DNA of 64,000 nt, taken from positions 23,422-87,421 of the forward strand of contig CAOKIL010000001.1 in assembly GCA_948468535.1 (NCBI GenBank). Direction: 5' to 3'. Shown here piece by piece: positions 42,892-52,581 of the stretch. A program made the translations under genes and the position numbers. Each line of letters begins with the position of its first letter. Position 1 is the stretch's first letter. The notes below the pieces were generated by a model. That model saw nothing but the letters and a program-made list of their open reading frames with translations, was not told where the DNA came from and ran no database searches. Source of the DNA: an uncultured Eubacteriales bacterium (GTDB taxonomy: Bacteria; Bacillota; Clostridia; Monoglobales; Monoglobaceae).

Positions 42892-45800
42892 TTGATAATT
42901 GATTTTTCAAAAATTAACTATGACGACAAACCCGTTTTAATACTTAGAAACCTTGACGGCACAGCAATCCAAACACTTGGTTATGCCTTCAACATACAGT
43001 GTGAGTTCTGTTACAACGAAGTATCAACGCTTACTTTTGATTTACCGAAATATGTTGACGGTGTTGAAACACCACACTACAATGATGTAATCGGGTTGCG
43101 TATTATTGATTTACACGAAGTTGGACAGTTCATCTTGGTTGACCCCGAAGAAGATTCTGACGGAATTAAAACCATAAAATCCTGTAAGGCATATTCTTTG
43201 GAATATGAGTTCGGAAATAAAAGTATTACACTTGAAAGCGGAACATACAATCTCTGGAATCCGCTGTTACCGGAAGATACTATCATTGGCAGAATTCTTG
43301 AAAAAATGCCTGACTGGTCTCTTGGTAACGTAGACGAAGAATTAATCGGAAGATACAGAACGTTTGAAGTAACCGAAGATAAGATATATAATTTTATTAA
43401 ATCAGAAGTTCAGAAATCTTACGGCTGTATCTTTGAGTTTGACACTTACAAGCGAGAGATTAATGTTGTCTCTGTAAATTCCGAAGTTGAGACTAAACCG
43501 ATTTACCTGTCAAAAGAACGATTGATAAAAGAAATAAATATCAGAGAGGACAGCAACAGTATAGTCACCTGTCTTGACGTAAACGGTGCTGACGGTGTTA
43601 ACATTCGAGGCGTGAATCCAACAGGCACAAACAAAATATATAACCTTGATTACTTCATGAACACTACCAACTTTACGGAAGCGCTTATCGAAAAATGGGA
43701 AGATTGGAAAAATGCCTGTGAAAATTATCAAACAATTTATTACAATACAACCATTGAATATAATCTGCAAACATCAAGACATCTTGCAGAACAAGCAATC
43801 TTAACCGACTTGCAGGGAGACTTAACTAATCTTGAAAATCAGCAGGCGGTTATTATAGAAGCTATCTCACAGAAGCTAAAAAACAATTCAGACCTGACTG
43901 AGATAAACAAAAAGATTTCCGATAAAAAAGCTGAAATCTCTGAGCAGGAAAGTAAGATAGAACGCATTGGCGCAACTATTTCAGAACTGAACGGAACTAT
44001 TAAAAATATTAACACCGCTCTTGCTATAAATCAATACTTTACTGCTGATGAATTAAGTCTTTTACAAAAATATTTTATTGAGGACGCAATCGAGGACAGC
44101 ACATTTGCAACTTCAACAACTGCAACTTATGACAACGAAGATGTAAATATATCAATTAACGATATTGAACTTTCTGTATCGGACAGCGACATCGCTACAG
44201 TGACAGACGATAGCGGTAAAATACTAAAGACTATTTGCAGCGGTAAGCTGAATATAAAAAAACTCTCAGCGGAAATAGTGAAGGCTCATGTTGATTTAAA
44301 CACAGATAAATCCTTTATTATGACTGCACACCTAAATAAAGGAACTATTGGCGAAGCGGAGTTTGAATCGGGCAGTGTTACTTTAATTGGTAATTATTCT
44401 ATAACTACCGACACATCATCTGCTTTATCATTTAAGATTTCTGACGGCACGCTGTACTTTACACAGAACTCTACTGAATATGAACAGCATATGATAGAGT
44501 GGGATTTGTACGAATACGGAAATCAAGTCTTATCCGACAAGGCTTTTCCTACTTATGAATTCTCTATAGACAGCGGTAACTTCTTAGCTGTTGAGGATTT
44601 TATTACATTTAAGAATACCTTAACTCTTGGAAAGAAAGTTTATTTAAAACTTGATGATAATGACGAAGTGATGAATCCGTATGTTATTACTGTAAGGATA
44701 AACTATGAAGATGCTTCTGATTTTGAATTGGAGTTCAGCAGTACTTATAAATCGTTCAGCAAGCAGTTCGCTTTGGCTGACATTTTAGAAGAAAGTATAT
44801 CAATGGGTAGAAAACTCAATTCAAAAAGCGGACTATATGAACAGTTTGTCAGCAGCGGAGCTTCAACAGCCGTAAAAGATTTTATGGACTCAGCTTTGGA
44901 TATCGCCAAGAATACAGTAATGTCATCAGGTCATCAAGCTATAGAGTTCGGCGATTCAGGTATCCGTGTGAGAAAATGGAAAGATGATAGCCATATCGAA
45001 TATGAGGACGAACAGATTTGGATTGTTGATAATATGATAGCCTTCACCGAAGATAATTGGGATAGCTCATGTATGGCAATCGGTAAAATCTTTGATGAAA
45101 GTTTTGGTGATTACGAACCTGCGACAAGTACATACGATTCATCAAAGGTGTATTGTTATAGGTCTGGCGAACAAGAACCTTACACCTACAAGCCATATAC
45201 TTATAACGCCGAGAATTGGGATACTGAACGGAATAAATTGTATTGCAGAAAAGGCGGCGTAAAATACGGCATAGCCGCCCCTTATCTTGTTGGAACAATA
45301 CTTGCAGGAAAGAATCTCTTTATCGGTACTGACGGCGGATATTTCAGAGTTGACGATAACGGCGTATATGTGCTGAATGAAAAGTTTGTCATAGCAAGCT
45401 CTAACGGAAACGGCTTGACATTTACGGCAGATGAGGGATTAGTGCATAGGGTTAATGCAGACGGTAAAAAGTATGAAGCCGGATTTAGTGCGGCTAATAA
45501 TAACGGCGAGGGATACGGATTATATTTCAAAGTTGGCAATGATAAAAAGCTTTATTTTGATGTTGACAGAGCCGAGCTTGTTGTAGACGGTGATATATGG
45601 GCAAGAGATGTTTTCTTTGGTGCAGATAAGAAAAGTGTCATGACAATAAATGATAAAGGAAACGAAGCGATAAGTGGAAATTATCTTGATTTAAAAGGTA
45701 TACTTGTAAAGGATAGCACAGGTAGGAAACGCTTTAGTATAAGCGGTAATGGTGGGGGTTTTGAGGTTTACGACGGCTATATCTATATGACAAATGGTAG

Positions 45801-46347
45801 AAACGAAATCAATATAAACCCTGACGAAGGGTTATCATTCACAAAAGATGGCGACTATGTGATAAAAATGGATATTAATACCGGTGACTTTTATATGTAC
45901 GGCGGCAATATTTATATGAGCAACGGTAATAATCAAATCAGGATTAATCCTGCTGAAGGTTTAGCATTTACAAAGAATGGCAATGAAATTGTTAAGTTGG
46001 ATATCGTAAACGGAAACGCTACATTTGGCGGTACGATTGATACCTTAGAGAGTGTTAAGATTGGTGAGACCCTTGTGATACGAGATAGCAATAATAAAGA
46101 CGGACTTATTATATCTGCCAAAGGTGGCTTAACTAAAGACTCTATTACTATAACAGCTAATAGTGATAGATATATTGATATAAGCACCAACCTATTGAGA
46201 GTAAATGGTGATGAAGTTGTAACTGAGAGAGGGCTTAAAAGTACACTTAGCACTGAACTTAACAAATTAGAAGATAAACTTAAGCTTTGGGCAGAAGGTA
46301 AATTTGCCACAAAAGGTTCAACGAATCCAACAATACCAATAGCGTAA
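42892..46347 (+). CDS. Phage tail spike / minor structural (Tal-like) protein
   Basis: N-terminal baseplate-hub-like region (STLTFDLP, GCIFEFDT), coiled coil, then Gly-rich beta repeats; GGAGGTGA RBS with TTG start; lies within the att-bounded element. Confidence 0.75.
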   Translation: MIIDFSKINYDDKPVLILRNLDGTAIQTLGYAFNIQCEFCYNEVSTLTFDLPKYVDGVETPHYNDVIGLRIIDLHEVGQFILVDPEEDSDGIKTIKSCKAYSLEYEFGNKSITLESGTYNLWNPLLPEDTIIGRILEKMPDWSLGNVDEELIGRYRTFEVTEDKIYNFIKSEVQKSYGCIFEFDTYKREINVVSVNSEVETKPIYLSKERLIKEINIREDSNSIVTCLDVNGADGVNIRGVNPTGTNKIYNLDYFMNTTNFTEALIEKWEDWKNACENYQTIYYNTTIEYNLQTSRHLAEQAILTDLQGDLTNLENQQAVIIEAISQKLKNNSDLTEINKKISDKKAEISEQESKIERIGATISELNGTIKNINTALAINQYFTADELSLLQKYFIEDAIEDSTFATSTTATYDNEDVNISINDIELSVSDSDIATVTDDSGKILKTICSGKLNIKKLSAEIVKAHVDLNTDKSFIMTAHLNKGTIGEAEFESGSVTLIGNYSITTDTSSALSFKISDGTLYFTQNSTEYEQHMIEWDLYEYGNQVLSDKAFPTYEFSIDSGNFLAVEDFITFKNTLTLGKKVYLKLDDNDEVMNPYVITVRINYEDASDFELEFSSTYKSFSKQFALADILEESISMGRKLNSKSGLYEQFVSSGASTAVKDFMDSALDIAKNTVMSSGHQAIEFGDSGIRVRKWKDDSHIEYEDEQIWIVDNMIAFTEDNWDSSCMAIGKIFDESFGDYEPATSTYDSSKVYCYRSGEQEPYTYKPYTYNAENWDTERNKLYCRKGGVKYGIAAPYLVGTILAGKNLFIGTDGGYFRVDDNGVYVLNEKFVIASSNGNGLTFTADEGLVHRVNADGKKYEAGFSAANNNGEGYGLYFKVGNDKKLYFDVDRAELVVDGDIWARDVFFGADKKSVMTINDKGNEAISGNYLDLKGILVKDSTGRKRFSISGNGGGFEVYDGYIYMTNGRNEININPDEGLSFTKDGDYVIKMDINTGDFYMYGGNIYMSNGNNQIRINPAEGLAFTKNGNEIVKLDIVNGNATFGGTIDTLESVKIGETLVIRDSNNKDGLIISAKGGLTKDSITITANSDRYIDISTNLLRVNGDEVVTERGLKSTLSTELNKLEDKLKLWAEGKFATKGSTNPTIPIA

Positions 46348-46385
46348 TATTAAAGGACGCGCTTAAATAGCGCGTCCCGGGTATA

Positions 46386-47015
46386 TTACTTTAATGTTCT
46401 AAGCCATGGAACAATGTGTTGATAATAATATTCCAAGGGGATATCCCCATTACTAAATTCGCTTAAGTCAAAAATAAGTTCCCAGTCTTCACCCGTTGTA
46501 TTCCATCTCGTTTTATCACGAACGCAACCATCAAGCCCATCAGTATACTTATCCTCTTTCGCTAATTCGTTAGCTTTGTCAACGACATCATCGGTAGTAA
46601 CACAAATTTTCTTAATATATATGTTGTTTAAAGTAGGTATTTTAAACTCGTCATTAGTGACACAGACATCATAGTCACCGTATTCTGATGGGATTTGAAT
46701 ATCTATCGGGTCGGGTATAGTACCAACAGGTAAGTCTGAAGGCATAATAGTAGGTTTAGAATTTACCCCCTCTTCCTCCTTTGTGCTAAGAAGAATAGTA
46801 TCATTATCAAAACTAACATTAAATCCGCCCACAGCGTCAGCTATATCACGTAATTTAAAATAGCTGTAATCATCAATGTTATAACCTTGTATCTGCTTTT
46901 CAGTTCCATTGACTGTAATACGATACGGATTTTCATATATTGAGTTTACAGCAAACGCGCCTATGGCTGTGCATAATACAGCGCCACATAAGAAACCACA
47001 AATAAATTTTTTCAT
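46386..47015 (-). CDS. Secreted protein with copper-amine-oxidase N-terminal (stalk)-like domain
   Basis: MKKFICGFLCGAVL signal; ITVNG..GYNIDDYSYFKLRDIA. Confidence 0.7.
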   Translation of the reverse strand: MKKFICGFLCGAVLCTAIGAFAVNSIYENPYRITVNGTEKQIQGYNIDDYSYFKLRDIADAVGGFNVSFDNDTILLSTKEEEGVNSKPTIMPSDLPVGTIPDPIDIQIPSEYGDYDVCVTNDEFKIPTLNNIYIKKICVTTDDVVDKANELAKEDKYTDGLDGCVRDKTRWNTTGEDWELIFDLSEFSNGDIPLEYYYQHIVPWLRTLK

Positions 47016-47156
47016 ATAACAACCTCTTTCATAAATTGATGTGTTCATTATACCATATTTAGAAAATTTATGCAAGAGATTTTAGAAGATAATTAAATGA
47101 CAATAGATGACGGATAGGTTTATAAGTAAAACACAGACAGCCCTAATCACATCACA

Positions 47157-47243
47157 CTATCGGCGAACGATAACGCGACGCTTCGCAGTTCTACGAACTG
47201 CTACCTTCACCGTCTTTCTGACAGTTACTTTAGCGTTTGCCAT
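47157..47243 (-). CDS. 28-aa highly basic peptide MANAKVTVRKTVKVAVRRTAKRRVIVRR
   Basis: GAAGGGGGGG RBS just before the ATG; Arg/Lys/Val-rich. Confidence 0.55.
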   Translation of the reverse strand: MANAKVTVRKTVKVAVRRTAKRRVIVRR

Positions 47244-47491
47244 ATTACCCCCCCCTTCGGTTTTGTTATCCTTATCGTGTGTTGATAATCGGATAACTTG
47301 GTATAGTATACCATAGTCAAAGACATAACCGTATAGGGTCATATTTACAATATCACTAAGAATTAAGGCGCTTGGGCTGTCTGCGTTTTTATTATAACAG
47401 AAGTTAATAAGAAACACAAGTGAAATTTATTGAACCGCTAAATGTGGTTCTTTTATTATGTACAAAATATGAAAGGATTTGATTTGATTTT

Positions 47492-47659
47492 ATGAATAAA
47501 GAAATTATCGAAAAAATATCAAGCGTGATAGAAGTGCTTGGGAATACAGAGGTTAAGGGCAAGAACAACTTACTTAACCTCGGCGGCAGTATAGCCATAC
47601 TTGAAGAAGTACGGCATGACTGTATAATTTCTTTGAAAGAAAATACCGATAAAATATAA
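47492..47659 (+). CDS. Small phage protein (55 aa)
   Basis: MNKEIIEKISSVIEVLGNTEVKGKNNLLNLGGSIAILEE..; AAAGGA RBS; below the ORF-track cutoff. Confidence 0.5.
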   Translation: MNKEIIEKISSVIEVLGNTEVKGKNNLLNLGGSIAILEEVRHDCIISLKENTDKI

Positions 47660-47977
47660 CGGTTGTTATGGGGTTTTTATCTCATACATAAAAAATATTT
47701 ATCCAAAATATAAGTTGTCAACATTTACGTTTTGAGAACTTAAAGCCGCATAAACACGGCAGTTTTAGACTTTGGATATGACAAAAATTACACACCATAA
47801 TACGCTTGCTATGGGATTTTAATAAAGTATAAATTTAAAGTATCACACTTTAAGTATACATTGTCCCATAGTGAGCGGGTAAATTTGTCACTTAAATTTT
47901 TCACCCGTGAAATACGGTTTATATCCTCGCTGTCAGCAGGAGGTGACAACACAAAAATTTTATGAAAGGAGCATTGA

Positions 47978-48151
47978 ATGTTAGAAGATTATAAAGATGT
48001 GTTGTCCGTAAATGATTTGTACGACATATTGCCAATAGGCAGAAACAATATTTATAAATTGCTGAATAGCAATATTATAAAAAATATTCGTGTCGGAAAT
48101 AAAATAATTATTCCGAAGCAGTATTTAATAGATTTCTTGCAAAGTGCCTAA
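47978..48151 (+). CDS. Excisionase-like HTH protein
   Basis: YKDVLSVNDL..IL.IGRNNIYKLL..I..IRVG.KIIIPK; AAAGGAG RBS. Confidence 0.8.
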   Translation: MLEDYKDVLSVNDLYDILPIGRNNIYKLLNSNIIKNIRVGNKIIIPKQYLIDFLQSA

Positions 48152-48230
48152 TTGAAAAAGTCCGCTTGTTATGGTATTATTATCGTCATAGCGGACTATC
48201 TATCACGGAGGAAAGGAGTATTTACATATA

Positions 48231-49375
48231 GTGAGAGGTAGTTTACAAGAAAGAAATAACAAATATTATGCGGTGTTCCGTGTAAACGGAAAGCAAAAGT
48301 GGGTAAATTTACAGATACCCACAACCAGAGGGAATAAGCGCAGAGCTGAACAAGCATTAAATAATCTGCTTGTACAATATAATTCTAACCCTAATATGTT
48401 TGATAAAATTGGATTTGCTGACTACATAGCCAAATGGTTGGATAATGTGAAAAATTCTGTAGATACCATTACATATGACGGCTACAAGCAGTATGCAGAA
48501 AAACATATTATTCCATATTTTAAAGAAAAAATTTGGCATTACAAGATGTTAAAATATCTGATATTGAGGGATATTATAATTATAAGGCTGTTGCTGGCAG
48601 ACTTGACGGCAAGACAGGAGGCTTATCTCTAAGGACGATTAAACTACATAGCGTAGTTTTAAGTTTGGTTTTGAAACAGGCTATATATGAGCGGCTTATA
48701 TCTGACAATCCGTGCAGTTACGCTAAGTATCCCACAACTATAGCAAATAAAAAACAAGAACCGTCATTTTATAATATACAGCAATGTAATACCCTACTTA
48801 ACTGTGTAAGAGGCACACCGCTGTATAATATGATTTATATTACGTTTATGTATGGATTAAGGCGTTCTGAACTTATGGGGTTGAAATGAAATGCTATAGA
48901 CTTTGAAAACGATACTATATCTATACAGCATACGGTAGTAATGCAGAATACTATTGTCAGAAAAGATAAGACGAAAAATATCACGAGTAGACGCAGGTAT
49001 CCATTATTGCCCGATATAAAGATTTTATTAAAAGAAATGTCAGCCAAGCAGAAAGAAAATGAAAAATTATTCGGAGCGTGTTATAATTATACAGATTACA
49101 TATTTGTAAAAGCAGACGGTTCACCGTACTATCCGAGTTATCCAACACATGAATTGCAAAAGGTTTTGAAAAAATATAACTTGCCACATATACGTTGGCA
49201 CGATTTAAGGCATAGCACAGCTTCAATGCTGATTGAAAAAGGTTGGCATATGAAAGATATATCAGAATGGTTAGGACACTCTGATATTGGAACGACAATG
49301 AACATATACGGTCATATCAGTATGGAGCATAAAAAAGAACTCGGCAATAGTCTGTCTGGAATATTGGACGAATAG
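48231..49375 (+). pseudogene. Tyrosine integrase pseudogene
   Basis: YGLRRSELMGLK*(TGA in place of Trp, 48887-48889), HDLRH, LGH, IYGH; additional frameshift near 48530. Confidence 0.9.
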
Positions 49376-49473
49376 CCGACTTTTGTTAGATAAAGTGTTG
49401 AATGAACAATAAACAGAAGCAAAATAAGAAAACAAAAACACCGCAAAACCAACAGTTTCACGGCGTTTCAGGC

Positions 49474-49550
49474 TGGTACACCTTCGGGGATTCGAACCCC
49501 GGACACCCTGATTAAGAGTCAGGTGCTCTAGCCAGCTGAGCTAAAGGTGC
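49474..49550 (-). tRNA. tRNA-Lys(CTT)
   Basis: GCACCTTTAGCTCAGCTGGCTAGAGCACCTGACTCTTAATCAGG..GGTTCGAATCC..GGTGTACCA. Confidence 0.97.
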
Positions 49551-49899
49551 ACATATTATAGTTGTCCAACACAACAACGTATTGAATTATACTACGATAA
49601 CATAATTTTGTCAATACTTTTTTTGAAAAAAGTTCGAAAAATTTTTAAAATGTTATGATAGAATTGATAGGATACAAATAAAAAGAGAAAGTAAACTCCA
49701 AATATGATATAATGTTAATAACCACAAAAACAAGTATCAAAGGAGTGAATTTACGATGGCATTAAGAGTAAATGGTCCAAAAATCAAAATAAATTTTGTG
49801 TGAGTGTAGCCACTCTCGCTTTGCTTACTGATATCGAAATTTAAGCGAGCAATGCAAAGTGATTTTTCGCAAGCAAACGCTTGCTCCACTGCGAAAATA

Positions 49900-50121
49900 C
49901 TATTTTATCCCTATAAATCCTGCCTGCATATACGAACACCAAAGCAGTTCGACAATTTTAAATCCACATTCTTTCAACAGCTTTTTATGTTCATCGATTT
50001 TTATGGGGAAATAGTCTTTTCCATATCTTGAAATATGCTCTTGAGCTTCTTTTTCTGTTTTCCCTTGACTGATTTGATGTTGTTTCCACCTATTTATGTT
50101 ATTTTTCATAATTTTCGGCAC
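49900..50121 (-). pseudogene. C-terminal fragment of a class I SAM methyltransferase
   Basis: YFPI..EH..LL..CGF..VELLW.SYMQAGF resembles methyltransferase C-termini; the N-terminus is absent. Confidence 0.5.
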
Positions 50122-50208
50122 AATAGATTAGTTGTGAACTATACATTGTTTTGTTCCAAATTTCTCTATTGAATCATTCTAATCTTACTGTACCGGATTG
50201 GACGGCAT

Positions 50209-52209
50209 TTATAAGTCTAGATTCCCTTCTTTTTCAATTAACCTAAAATTTATTTCTTCAGCAAGGTATTCTTTTATACTTTTAATCCAATCAAGGTCAG
50301 GTGAATATCCCATTGTGCGGCAGAAGGAATAATACAAATCAACCTTTTTAAATGACACCTCAAGTCTATCAACCGAATCATTCCGAATTTTAGGCAGCGA
50401 AAGCGGTTCGGATTTACTCGAAAGATACTCTTTAACATAATCCATCCAGCAGCCGAAAACGCTCCCCACACTCTCATCAAAATTAATTGTTGCCAATCGG
50501 TATTTTGTTTCTTTATCGCATTGAAACTGTTTTTTTGCGCATAACTTATTAAGATGTTTTAAAAGATTTATGGTGCGCTTTACATCTATTTTTTCGTAGA
50601 ATTCAAACGGCATTTCTGCATATGACCAAGCTCTGAGAATATCCGACATTTCCGACTCTATATCAAGAAACGATGTATCAAAATCTATGTATGCTTTTTT
50701 AATCGGATCAACAATCGAAATCAACGAGGAACTTATATACTCCTTTTCAGCAACCGAAAACACATATCCCTTATCGTATATTCCTTTCCGTCCTGCTCGT
50801 CCTGCGATTTGCTTTATTTCTTCGGGATAAAGCCGTCTGAATTTCTCACCGTCAAATTTATGCGCGGCAGTGAAAATTACACGTTTGATAGGCAAATTTA
50901 AACCCATACCAATTGCGTCTGTCGCGACAACAATCTGAGTTTCACGGTTTATAAAACGCTTGAGCTGCATCTTACGGGTATGATATGGCAGCGAGCCGTA
51001 AATTACGCTTGTGTTAATGCCATTTTCACGGAGTTTATCGGATATTTCAAGAATATCCTTGCGTGAAAAAGCAATCAGCGCATCACCGTATTGCAGAGTG
51101 TCAATATTAATTTTGGAAAGTCTTTCTGCACAACTTATTTTTCTGCGCTTCCCTTCTTCATCTGTCCACTCTATCTCTTTCCCCGTATCAAGAGAATCAT
51201 CATACATAAGCGGTGTGCGGCGCTTATAATTAATTATTTCGTACATATCACCGCAGTCATTAATTATTTTTATAAGAATATCAACTGCTTCGGGAGCAGT
51301 ACACAGATGTATTTCATAAGCTCGTATACCCAAAATTGCCCTTGTCCATGCACAACCGCGATGTTTATCTCCAATCATCTGGCATTCATCGATTACAACA
51401 GTGTCATAAACCGCGTATAAATCTGCCATTTCAACCGTAGATGAAACATGCGTTTCATACGGAACAATATTTTCTTCCTCACCTGTTTTAAGGCTGCACA
51501 TTACTTCATCAAACAATAGGTTTTCTTGAATCTCCATGGCGAGTAATCGCAGCGAACCCAGATATGCGCCTGTATCAGCTTTTTTTAAAGCCTTCAGTGC
51601 GTTATAGGTCTTTCCTGTATTTGTTGTTCCGCTGTGAATAATGAATTTGCGTGTCATGGCTCGCGCAGCGGGATAAAGCTCTCTCGGATTTTCCAGCAGT
51701 GATTGTTCTATGTGCAATCTGATTGTATCTGCTGTATAAACGCTTTTGTATATTTCAAGCAGTGTTTCTTCACGAAGCTTTTTATATAATTTTTTAACTT
51801 TGATAAGGCGTTTCATGCCGATGCGCGAAATAGACGGACGTTCCTCAAAATAGTGGTTATATTGTGCAATTTCCGCTTTTGCAATAAGTTTTAAAATACT
51901 TTCAATCTCAATTTCGCGAAGCTGGACGGTTATTTCATTTTTCTTATTTTTACCCCTGTTCTTTTGACGCTTATGATGAACGGTATAAAGAATTTTGTAT
52001 GGAATAAGCTCCTGCTTTAACTCAATAAGCGCACTGCGGCTAAGTATATCATTTTCCAGATTTTCTATACAGCCACGTATTATTTCTTTGCGCGACAAAA
52101 AAGCGTCAAACGGCATTTTGTTAAATTTGGTGCCGAGTGACAGAAGATTTTGAGCCGAAAACGACCTTGTTATAATATTAAATAAAATTCCATCATCAGA
52201 TTTGTTCAT
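50209..52209 (-). CDS. SUV3-like superfamily 2 helicase
   Basis: GTTNTGKT, LRLLAME, TGEE, IDECQMI, ATDAIGMGLNL, QIAGRAGR. Confidence 0.9.
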   Translation of the reverse strand: MNKSDDGILFNIITRSFSAQNLLSLGTKFNKMPFDAFLSRKEIIRGCIENLENDILSRSALIELKQELIPYKILYTVHHKRQKNRGKNKKNEITVQLREIEIESILKLIAKAEIAQYNHYFEERPSISRIGMKRLIKVKKLYKKLREETLLEIYKSVYTADTIRLHIEQSLLENPRELYPAARAMTRKFIIHSGTTNTGKTYNALKALKKADTGAYLGSLRLLAMEIQENLLFDEVMCSLKTGEEENIVPYETHVSSTVEMADLYAVYDTVVIDECQMIGDKHRGCAWTRAILGIRAYEIHLCTAPEAVDILIKIINDCGDMYEIINYKRRTPLMYDDSLDTGKEIEWTDEEGKRRKISCAERLSKINIDTLQYGDALIAFSRKDILEISDKLRENGINTSVIYGSLPYHTRKMQLKRFINRETQIVVATDAIGMGLNLPIKRVIFTAAHKFDGEKFRRLYPEEIKQIAGRAGRKGIYDKGYVFSVAEKEYISSSLISIVDPIKKAYIDFDTSFLDIESEMSDILRAWSYAEMPFEFYEKIDVKRTINLLKHLNKLCAKKQFQCDKETKYRLATINFDESVGSVFGCWMDYVKEYLSSKSEPLSLPKIRNDSVDRLEVSFKKVDLYYSFCRTMGYSPDLDWIKSIKEYLAEEINFRLIEKEGNLDL

Positions 52210-52334
52210 TTTTTCACCACTGTTAATTATTACTATATAAATTTTAAAAAAATTTTTAAAAAAGTATTGACAAGCTAATTTTAATATGGTATTATATTAT
52301 ATGTTGACGCACTAATTATAGTAAAGCGTATAAC

Positions 52335-52410
52335 GCTGGTGTAGCTCAGTTGGTAGAGCAGCTGATTTGTAATCAGCAGGTCGCGGGTTCGAGTCCCATC
52401 ACCAGCTCCA
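52335..52410 (+). tRNA. tRNA-Thr(TGT)
   Basis: GCTGGTGTAGCTCAGTTGGTAGAGCAGCTGATTTGTAATCAGC..GGTTCGAGTCC..CAGCTCCA; TTGACA/TATTAT promoter upstream. Confidence 0.97.
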
Positions 52411-52479
52411 TTTGAACTTTTTGTTCCAATTTACCACTGCTTTTTACAGCAGTGGTTTTTTGTTGTCGGATTTATAATA

Positions 52480-52568
52480 ATTCATCAAGGCTTTGCCTTT
52501 TAATCAAACGCCGCCCCCTGATTCCGCCTTGCCTACCGCGGCGGCAATGTGCCAAAGCCTTTATGAAT
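52480..52568. repeat. ~90-bp MITE/REP-like element, copy 1
   Basis: Terminal IR ATTCATCAAGGCTTTG..CAAAGCCTTTATGAAT; inverted second copy at 62853-62943. Confidence 0.85.
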
Positions 52569-52581
52569 TTTAGCCTACTTT

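Larger units (their letters stand above)
41032..49518. mobile_element. Defective prophage remnant integrated in tRNA-Lys(CTT)
   Basis: Perfect 46-bp direct repeat (tRNA 3' half) at 41032-41077 and 49473-49518; TGTTAGA arm-like repeats near 41231 and 49384; xis-int and a tail gene. Confidence 0.92.

Noticed and set aside
42892-46347. Diversity-generating retroelement target in the tail gene
   Set aside because: No reverse transcriptase seen, and the internal repeats do not show adenine-specific differences.
49690-49900. Possible IS-end remnant and small palindromes after tRNA-Lys
   Set aside because: No second copy or transposase fragment in the window to support it.
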